Under the pieces are notes generated by a model. The model saw only the letters and a program-made list of their open reading frames with translations, searched no databases and was not told where the DNA came from. 24,000 nucleotides of DNA from Peptoclostridium acidaminophilum DSM 3953. GTDB taxonomy: Bacteria > Bacillota > Clostridia > Peptostreptococcales > Peptostreptococcaceae. The first letter of the stretch is position 1. Each line of letters begins with the position of its first letter. Made by a program: the position numbers and the translations under genes. The stretch is taken from positions 417,183-441,182 of the forward strand of contig NZ_CP007452.1 of NCBI RefSeq assembly GCF_000597865.1, read 5' to 3'. Of this stretch, positions 9,846 through 16,538 are shown piece after piece.

Positions 9846-9917
9846 GGCTTCCAAGCATATCATCCTTTTCGTCGGTCAGCGACAGGGTGAAGGTTAGCTT
9901 GGAAGCCTGGTGTTTTT
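9846..9917 (+). terminator. Long-loop hairpin plus T5 just downstream of rumA (probable terminator, possibly a structured RNA or att-associated palindrome)
   Basis: Perfect 11-bp stem GGCTTCCAAGC (9846-9856) / GCTTGGAAGCC (9897-9907). The 40-nt loop can pair internally (CCTT..AAGG, GTCG..CGAC). T5 at 9913-9917. A smaller hairpin AGGCT-GAAA-AGCCT sits at 9822-9835. Confidence 0.45.
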
Positions 9918-10106
9918 ATATTAGCGGGAACATATCGGAATTAAGTTATGCGTGTGCAGTTTTATAGGGTATAGGTTGTGGCACTGATTTTATTGAAAAT
10001 AGGTCATTTTAGCGTTTAAGTGAGCGGGATAGATGTAAAAAAGGAATAAAATAATAGCGAATATAAGTGTACATAAAAAATATTTCAACTATTTTCCGAA
10101 ATAGTA

Positions 10107-10135
10107 TTGACAATCATTGTTTGAGGGTGTATTCT
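10107..10135 (+). promoter_or_regulatory. Candidate SigA promoter of the S-M operon with adjacent palindromic operator-like site
   Basis: Consensus TTGACA (10107-10112), 17-nt spacer, TATTCT (10130-10135). The 7-bp inverted repeat ACTATTT-tccg-AAATAGT (10088-10105) abuts the -35 element. Confidence 0.4.
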
Positions 10136-10211
10136 ATGCACATAAGGCGAACGTAAAAAATATTTCAATAGAAAAAGTGATATAAGTTAAGTGTACGCAA
10201 GGAGGAAGAAT

Positions 10212-10814
10212 ATGAAAATTGGTAATGCTTCAAAAATCAATGTCTATTCTGGCCAGATAATTTCGAGAGTGGAAGCTAAAGACGAGGTTGGAGATAATGT
10301 GTTAGAAGAAAGAAAGGTGCTTATACCAAAAGCGATTTCAAATGGCCGAGTAAATCATTCTGATTTAGGAATTGTGAAACTAAAAAAGTCTGTTGATGCC
10401 GAACGAATAACAAAGAAGGGTGATGTAGTTCTAAAACTATCTACTCCATATGATGCGGCATATATCGAAGAAGATGATGAAGGATTGGTTGTTCCCTCCT
10501 TTTGCTGCATTATTCGTATAGGGAAAGAAGCTAAAATTAATCCTGAATTCTTAGTTGCCTATCTCAATACATCGTATGCACGAGAGTTGCTTAAAGCAAA
10601 GGTAGCCGGTTCCACAATGCCCATGATTAAAATCAGTGATGTGAAAGACTTTGAGGTACCTGATATTTCGATTACAAAACAGCAAACACTGGGTGAAGCA
10701 TATTCTCTAAGTTGTCATAAGCAGTCGGTGTTAAAAGATCTCTTATTAAATGAACAGAAAATAATAGAGAATGTATTGATGAATACTGTAAAGGAGGCGC
10801 TCGCGAATGACTAA
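10212..10814 (+). CDS. hsdS: Half-size type I restriction-modification specificity subunit (one TRD plus one conserved helix)
   Basis: RBS AGGAGG lies before the ATG at 10212. It has the Methylase_S-like layout: a variable TRD, then FLVAYLNTSYARELLKAKVAGSTMPMIKISDVKDFEVPDISITKQQTLGEAY and a C-terminal coiled helix. The stop overlaps the next ATG (ATGACTAA). Confidence 0.75.
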   Translation: MKIGNASKINVYSGQIISRVEAKDEVGDNVLEERKVLIPKAISNGRVNHSDLGIVKLKKSVDAERITKKGDVVLKLSTPYDAAYIEEDDEGLVVPSFCCIIRIGKEAKINPEFLVAYLNTSYARELLKAKVAGSTMPMIKISDVKDFEVPDISITKQQTLGEAYSLSCHKQSVLKDLLLNEQKIIENVLMNTVKEALAND

Positions 10815-12221
10815 TAAAAGTAACGAAATTTTACAGGCTCTTAATTACGTTTACCGTGAGCTTAGCAAGTGGAGCTTAAGAAATGCTGCTAATGACAATC
10901 CCTCTGCGGCTCTCGTATTCTTTAGTTTTTTGAAATATGTGTCTGATAATAAACAAAAACTGAGCCTTGAGTTTGATGAGAAGTTTAACTTTGATTTTCT
11001 GAGTGTTTTATTTGGCGAACGGCTAAGAAGAAATGATTTAGTAGCGCATATAGCTAACATTGAAAAGCAGCTGGGACATGGATACGGCATACTTGAAAGT
11101 TATGCAAGTAGCATAGATCTAGATAGTTTTGACCGGCAGGACACACAAATTTGGGAAGTGCTTAATTCGGTAGATATGTCTGATTTGAATGATGAGCACG
11201 TGGTTTACGAAGCCTTAGCAAACTATTTTTCAGTTACAGTAAAAAAGAAATCAGGTTTTCCGGAGAGTGTGTCACAGAGCAAAATCTCGCTAAACTCATG
11301 GCCGCAATTGGTAGTCCTGTTAATGGTTCTGTTTATGACTTTGCCGTTGGCTATGGGATTCTGGCTGCGGAGTGCGCAAAAGGGAAAGATGTGCATGTAC
11401 TTGCACAAGACATCGATAGAACCTGTGCCGCGGTAACGATAATGATGTTAACAATGGCTGGTTGTCTAAATTCCACTGTGTTATGCGGAGATACGATAAT
11501 AAATCCGTTGACTACCGTTCTGAATAATGAGAGGACTTTTGATTGCGTCATATCTTCTCCGCCGTTTGGGCTTAAACGTTCCGTAAAAGATGCAAATTTT
11601 GAGAGCGGCCAACAGGCTGATGCTTACGAATATGGACTTGAATTTAAGCTAACAGGTGATCTGACTTTTTCGCGCCATTTGATCGCTTCATTAAGGAAGG
11701 ACGGCATCGGAGTCATACAAGTGCCAATGGGCGCATTGTTCCGGGGTGGTATGGAAGAAAAGGTTAGAGCCAACATGATAAGAGATAACTATATCGACGC
11801 AATAATTGAATTACCTGCTGGTATCGTAGCCGCAACAAGTATAAAAACAGCACTTATTGTCTTTAAGAAGGATCGAAAAGAAAAAGATATTTATATGCTC
11901 GATGCAAGCCGGGAAGCGGCTAAGGATTTTATTGAGAGCAATGGTCGAGCCAGTGTTCGGATTACTGATTATGGAGTTAGAGAAATTCAGCGGATGGTGA
12001 AATCGCGTGAAGTCATAGAAGGATTATCGACAATCATCACGCAGAAGGAACTGGCTGAAAACAATTATAATCTTAGTGTTGGTGCATATTTACAGAAGAG
12101 CATTGAACAAGTCGTTATTGAAGAAGATATCGATGCCCTGCGTAAAAACAATACGATGTTGCTTGCAAAATTGCAGCAACTCGACAAGAAGCTTAACGAA
12201 ACAATCGAAAGGATTGAATAG
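10807..12221 (+). pseudogene. hsdM: Gamma-class (HsdM-like) amino-DNA methyltransferase split by a frameshift into ORFs 10807-11436 and 11298-12221
   Basis: Frame 1 reads ...VVYEALANYFSVTVKKKSGF up to 11259. From 11259 the other frame reads SGECVTEQNLAKLMAAIGSPVNGSVYDFAVGYG...VISSPPFG. Read across the shift, this aligns with the intact stretch YEYLIKRFADKTNKKAGEFYTPRSIVKLMTLILDP...VYDPACG of the neighbouring hsdM fragment. The second frame is closed upstream by TGATGA at 11190-11195. Confidence 0.75.
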
Positions 12222-12419
12222 GATGAAATACAAACAAGACACATACAGCAATGCTGCTGTTGGATATGCAGAAAATTGTATTAATTTCATTTAATCCAAC
12301 ATGAAATCAAAGATAAAGAAGATATTCTTGAGAAAACTAGTAAAATTGATTAATTTTTGTGACGTCAATACAGCTTGTATAAGGGTTTTAACTATGCACC
12401 AGAAAATTACTACTTATAG

Positions 12420-12448
12420 TTGCAAATTACCACAAATCGTGATAGAAT
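12420..12448 (+). promoter_or_regulatory. Candidate SigA promoter of the truncated hsdM
   Basis: TTGCAA (12420-12425), 17-nt spacer, TAGAAT (12443-12448), 38 nt upstream of the ATG at 12486. Confidence 0.45.
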
Positions 12449-12485
12449 AAAAACAGTGTCAGATGACTCGGAAAGAGGTTTTATA

Positions 12486-13181
12486 ATGATGAGCTTACCA
12501 CAACTTGAAAGTTGGCTGCTGAATGCAGCAAATATAATAAGAGGACCTGTTGATCCAAGTGATTATAAGGCATATATCTTCCCCTTGCTATTCTTCAAAC
12601 GTATTTCTGATGTTTATGAAGAAGAGTATGAACAAGCATTGGAAGAATCTAATGGAGATATTGAGTATGCGGAATTTGAAGAAAATCACCGATTTATAAT
12701 TCCAAAGGGCTGTAGATGGAGTGATCTACAGGCTAAAACCACTAATATTGGTGCCGCTATATCCAGCATTTTTCGTCGTATAGAACTTGCTAATAGAAAA
12801 ACTCTTAGCGGTATCTTTGGTGATGTTGAGTGGAAAAACAAAGATAAGCTTTCGGACGAACGTTTAAAAAATCTTGTTGAACATTTTTCTCTACATAACT
12901 TATCTATAAAGAATGTTGAGCCGGATATGGCAGGCCGCGCTTATGAATACTTAATTAAGCGCTTTGCTGATAAGACAAATAAAAAGGCGGGGGAATTTTA
13001 CACACCTCGAAGCATTGTAAAGTTGATGACTTTAATTCTTGACCCATGTGAAGGTGAGTCGGTATATGACCCGGCTTGTGGGGAGGATGTCATAATAGTG
13101 ACAAGGGGTAAAAACGCTGTATTTAATAGGGTTTTGAAGCTTCCACAAAGTCACAAAACGACAAATTGGTGTGCTGCTTAG
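12486..13181 (+). pseudogene. hsdM: Type I methylase subunit HsdM, N-terminal about 199 aa only; homology ends right after motif I
   Basis: The ATG at 12486 follows GAAAGAGG. HsdM_N-type N-terminus (LESWLLNAANIIRGPVDPSDYKAYIFPLLFFKRISDVYEEE), then AGEFYTPRSIVKLMTLILDP and VYDPACG ending at 13082. The following 33 codons (EDVIIVTRGKNAVFNRVLKLPQSHKTTNWCAA*) are unrelated. The expected SGGFL and NPPF motifs are absent. Confidence 0.8.
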
Positions 13182-13335
13182 AGCTTTTATCTAAGAAATA
13201 AGGGTTGTAAGCAGTACATCAGTGCCCCTAGTAATCTATAAGTTAAGAATATAAGGACATATCATTTTAGTTCATATATAGTTTAATGCAATCATATTTG
13301 AAGTGAGACAAATGAAATTGAAGGAGGAACTCATT

Positions 13336-13764
13336 ATGGGAAAAAATATAAGTGACTATTTGTACGGAGCAGGAAATATAATGTTAAATGCAACAAGAGA
13401 AGTTGTACAAAGACATGAAGATGAGTCTGTTCAGGCAGAACGAAATTATGGTGCAGGGATCCTCATTCAAGCACTGTTTGAAGTAAATGTTGAAGATGAT
13501 GTGATTATTAGTTTAGTTCAGAAATACTATGGTTTTAGTGAAAGAGAAAGCGAAGAACTGATGGTTTCAGAACGAACCATAAATATACCATGTCAGAAAT
13601 TAGAGACATTTCTTGTACGTTCAGAAGGATACACAAGAGATGAAGCTGTAAATTTCATTTTAAAAAATGGTATTCCAGATTTTTTGAGAGAAAAGAAAGT
13701 TTCCTGGAAACTATCACCAAGGGAATTACTTTTAAAAGTAGAAAAAGAGCAACAGAATTATTAG
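13336..13764 (+). CDS. Hypothetical protein, 142 aa, no family recognised
   Basis: RBS AAGGAGG lies 8 nt before the ATG at 13336. Two similar helix units are present (YYGFSERESEELM and SEGYTRDEAVNFI). Coding-like composition. Confidence 0.6.
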   Translation: MGKNISDYLYGAGNIMLNATREVVQRHEDESVQAERNYGAGILIQALFEVNVEDDVIISLVQKYYGFSERESEELMVSERTINIPCQKLETFLVRSEGYTRDEAVNFILKNGIPDFLREKKVSWKLSPRELLLKVEKEQQNY

Positions 13765-13817
13765 AAGATACTTCAGATGATTCTATTTGCCTATTTGATG
13801 AAGATGAGGCTATCGGG

Positions 13818-14327
13818 ATGAAATATGATTATTATGAGAAAAAAATAAATGATGTGATAATGAAATGCCCTATTGAATCAGGGATTGAAATACTTGTTTA
13901 CAATGTTCTTAACGAGGTTATTGATTCAACAAAATTGTCACTTGTAGACATTAATCGCCTTCGGAAAGATAGAGATTATAGATTGACTACAGATGGGGGA
14001 ATAGCAGATATAGCTGTTCTTTCGGAAGACTTTGAATACCGCACAGATGTTGGAACAGTCTATGGATTTATTGAAGTGAAGGCAACAAATGAGCTACTTT
14101 CAGTAACGGGACAAATTGAAGGTCAAAAAAAAGATATTGTTCATTATATATACACCAACGGATTAGCTTGGAAATATTATAAAGATGGAGAGATTAATTG
14201 GGAAATTGTATTATCTTATGATGAAAATCAAGCATGTTCAGTATTGAGAGAACCTAAAAGGATATCAATAGATTCAAAGAAATTTGATACTTTGATTGAT
14301 GAACTCAAAAAAATTAACTGGTTCTAA
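13818..14327 (+). CDS. Stand-alone HsdR-N-like PD-(D/E)XK nuclease-fold protein, 169 aa
   Basis: Ordered motifs GGIADIAVL ... VYGFIEVKA ... GQIEGQ ... YIYTNGLAWKYY match the D / ExK / Q / TNG-aromatic pattern of type I R-subunit N-terminal domains. No helicase or methylase domain follows. Confidence 0.6.
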   Translation: MKYDYYEKKINDVIMKCPIESGIEILVYNVLNEVIDSTKLSLVDINRLRKDRDYRLTTDGGIADIAVLSEDFEYRTDVGTVYGFIEVKATNELLSVTGQIEGQKKDIVHYIYTNGLAWKYYKDGEINWEIVLSYDENQACSVLREPKRISIDSKKFDTLIDELKKINWF

Positions 14328-14387
14328 GATAATCAACACTAATCTCAAGTAAAATAGATTTCTAAAAATTAAATATGGATGGATAAG

Positions 14388-14420
14388 CGATTAGAGATAA
14401 AAATCTAGTCGTTTTTTTTT
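14388..14420 (+). terminator. Rho-independent terminator closing the two-gene cassette
   Basis: CGATTAGA-gataaaaa-TCTAGTCG 8-bp stem (one G-U pair) followed by T9 (14412-14420). Confidence 0.7.
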
Positions 14421-14445
14421 ATGCCCAAAAGAAAGGAGGAAAGGC

Positions 14446-15207
14446 GTGGAATTTGAATATTACCACAACAATGATGGTGATCAGTTTCGATATATTCAGT
14501 TGCCAACCATCTTGTTAGAACATGAATATTTTTCTGGTTTATCTTTGGAAGCCATCGTCTTGTATTCCATGATGCTTAACCGAATAAGTTTGTCATTTAG
14601 GAACGGTTGGATTGATGAGCACTCAAGAGTATATATCTATTTCACATTGGAAGAGGTCATGAAGAAGCTTAGATGCAAATCACAAAAAGCAACGAAGATT
14701 ATAGCTGAACTTGATGTAGATAAAGGTATAGGACTGATTGAGAGGAAAAGGCAAGGTCTTGGAAAGCCGACAATTATTTATGTGAAAAACTTTATGAGTA
14801 TTTTCAAGAATAAAGACTATGGAAAAACAGAAGTCCAGACTAGTGAAAATCAAAACTCTGTAACTTTGAAAAACAGAAGTCCTGACTGCGGTAAATCAAA
14901 ATCTAACTATATAGATATTAGTGAACCTGATTTAAGAAAGAATGATATGAGGAGTGACACCTCCCTTTTTGGATTATTTCAAAATGTCATTTTAACTCAA
15001 GAAGACTATGAAGAACTCTCAAGAACGATTGTTGAAGACCTAGATGGTTTGATAGACAGGCTATCAGCCTACATGACTTCAACAGGAAAGACCTATAAGA
15101 GCCATAAAGCAACGCTTTTATCCTGGCACTTACAGGATGAAAAGAAATTTAAAAAGAAATCAACCGTACTTAGCTACGATGATTATGACAAAGGAGAACA
15201 CTTGTGA
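14446..15207 (+). CDS. Replication initiator protein, RepA_N family
   Basis: GTG start after RBS AAAGGAGGAAAGG. The N-terminus FRYIQLPTILLEHEYFSGLSLEAIVLYSMMLNRISLSFRNGWIDEHSRVYIYFTLEEV is the typical RepA_N winged-helix signature of Firmicute plasmids and ICEs. Confidence 0.85.
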   Translation: MEFEYYHNNDGDQFRYIQLPTILLEHEYFSGLSLEAIVLYSMMLNRISLSFRNGWIDEHSRVYIYFTLEEVMKKLRCKSQKATKIIAELDVDKGIGLIERKRQGLGKPTIIYVKNFMSIFKNKDYGKTEVQTSENQNSVTLKNRSPDCGKSKSNYIDISEPDLRKNDMRSDTSLFGLFQNVILTQEDYEELSRTIVEDLDGLIDRLSAYMTSTGKTYKSHKATLLSWHLQDEKKFKKKSTVLSYDDYDKGEHL

Positions 15208-16037
15208 TGAGTGAAATGAAGAAAATTAGAATGGGAGAAGCAAGTTTTAACTACTCTCCAGAAACAGCCTATGAGAAAAACGGCAATGTCTATTGCAACA
15301 CATGCCATGAACAGATTAATGGCGAAGTAGTCAATATGATGGGCACTTGGATGTGTTTCAGAATTCAGTGCCAGTGTGAAAAGGAAGAAGAAAAAAGATG
15401 GAAAGAACGGGAGCGAGTAATGCGGGTAAATCAATTAAAGGACACTTGTTTTACTAATCCTAAACAAAGAAACTACACGCTAGATAAATGTCTTATCAGT
15501 AATGAAAAAACAATCGGTGTTGTTTCTAACTACATTAAGAAATTCGATGAGGTAAGAAAAAAGAATGTGGGTCTTCTCTTCTTTGGTGAAGTTGGTAGCG
15601 GTAAAAGCTATCTGGCCGCAGCGATAGCAAATGCAGTGATGGAAGAATATGAAATCACCTGTAAGATGCGAAACTTCTCCCAGATTATCAATGACTTGCA
15701 GTCAGGCGGATTCGACCTAGACAAAAACAGATATATTGATTCACTGGTCAGAACACCACTTCTTATCCTTGATGATTTAGGGATTGAGAGAAATACACCA
15801 TACGCTTTAGAACAAGTCTACAACATCATCAATGGTCGAAGTTTACAAGGCTTACCAACCATAATTACTACCAATTTAAGTCTTGAAGATATCAAGAATC
15901 ACACAGAAAGCATCGAGCTAAAGAGAATTTATTCCAGAGTTCTAGAGATGTGTATTCCCGTTCTAGTGAGTGGAGCAGATATCAGAGAACAGATTCATAA
16001 AAAGAAAATACAAGAATCAAGAGAGTTGCTCTTGTAG
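15204..16037 (+). CDS. DnaC/IstB-like AAA+ helicase-loader ATPase with N-terminal Cys cluster
   Basis: Overlaps the repA stop (GTGATGA). Walker A FFGEVGSGKSYLAAAIAN, Walker B LLILDDLGIE, TTNL sensor. N-terminal CNTC...CFRIQCQC. Confidence 0.8.
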   Translation: MMSEMKKIRMGEASFNYSPETAYEKNGNVYCNTCHEQINGEVVNMMGTWMCFRIQCQCEKEEEKRWKERERVMRVNQLKDTCFTNPKQRNYTLDKCLISNEKTIGVVSNYIKKFDEVRKKNVGLLFFGEVGSGKSYLAAAIANAVMEEYEITCKMRNFSQIINDLQSGGFDLDKNRYIDSLVRTPLLILDDLGIERNTPYALEQVYNIINGRSLQGLPTIITTNLSLEDIKNHTESIELKRIYSRVLEMCIPVLVSGADIREQIHKKKIQESRELLL

Positions 16038-16049
16038 GAGGTGATAAAC

Positions 16050-16538
16050 ATGATTAACGAAGAAACTAGTAATAAGACCTTGCACATGGAAATGCAAGCA
16101 GCAAAAGTAACTGCAAAGGGAATACAAAAACTGTTAAAGGATCTCATGCAAAAGCTAGACCAACAGAAGCAGAGCCTTGATAGTTATCTAAAAAGTTCCT
16201 CAAAGGAAGTCACCATGAAAGATATGGTGAAAAAGGGGCAACTGGAAGAATTAGAGGTTAAAGATTGTGACCTAAAGGAACTGAAAAAAGAACTCAATAA
16301 AAATGGAGTGAAGTTTTCAGTGATGAAAGATAAGGAAACAGGAAATCACTCGGTATTCTTTCAAGCGAAAGATACGGCTGTTATGGAAAAGGCATTTCGT
16401 AATACCTTAGCCACTGTTGAGAAAAAGGAAGCGAAGAAAGATTCTGTGATTCAATCAATCGATAAATATAAACAAGCGATGAAAGATACTGTCACGAAGG
16501 ATAAGGTGAAAAATAAGCAAAAGGAGCAAAGTCTATGA
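16050..16538 (+). CDS. PcfB-family (DUF3801) conjugative-element protein
   Basis: RBS AGGAGG lies 8 nt before the ATG at 16050. The core KGQLEELEVKDCDLKELKKELNKNGVKFSVMKDKETGNHSVFFQAKDTAVMEKAF matches the PcfB pattern usually found next to the coupling-protein gene. Confidence 0.7.
   Translation: MINEETSNKTLHMEMQAAKVTAKGIQKLLKDLMQKLDQQKQSLDSYLKSSSKEVTMKDMVKKGQLEELEVKDCDLKELKKELNKNGVKFSVMKDKETGNHSVFFQAKDTAVMEKAFRNTLATVEKKEAKKDSVIQSIDKYKQAMKDTVTKDKVKNKQKEQSL

Noticed and set aside
11298-12221. The ATG at 11298 as the genuine start of an independent, shorter methylase
   Set aside because: Methylase homology (SGECVTEQNLAKLM, equivalent to GEFYTPRSIVKLM) continues upstream of this ATG in the same frame. 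No RBS precedes it. The upstream half is in another frame, so a frameshift is the better explanation.
12076-12294. 72-aa + strand ORF and 66-aa - strand ORF over the methylase 3' end
   Set aside because: They mostly overlap the methylase coding frame. Only the last 23 codons lie outside it, and these are discussed as a stub in the findings.
10181-13239. Shared 11-mer TATAAGTTAAG at about 10181 and about 13229 as possible element-end direct repeats
   Set aside because: Dozens of 11-mer coincidences are expected by chance in 24 kb of AT-rich DNA, and there is no extended similarity around them.
5698-16049. Longer N-terminal extensions given by the ORF track (starts at 3613, 5698, 7577, 8420, 10191, 12420, 13303, 16041)
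   Set aside because: In each case an internal ATG is preceded by a well-spaced GGAGG-type RBS. The extension adds non-conserved residues, and some extensions overlap promoter elements.
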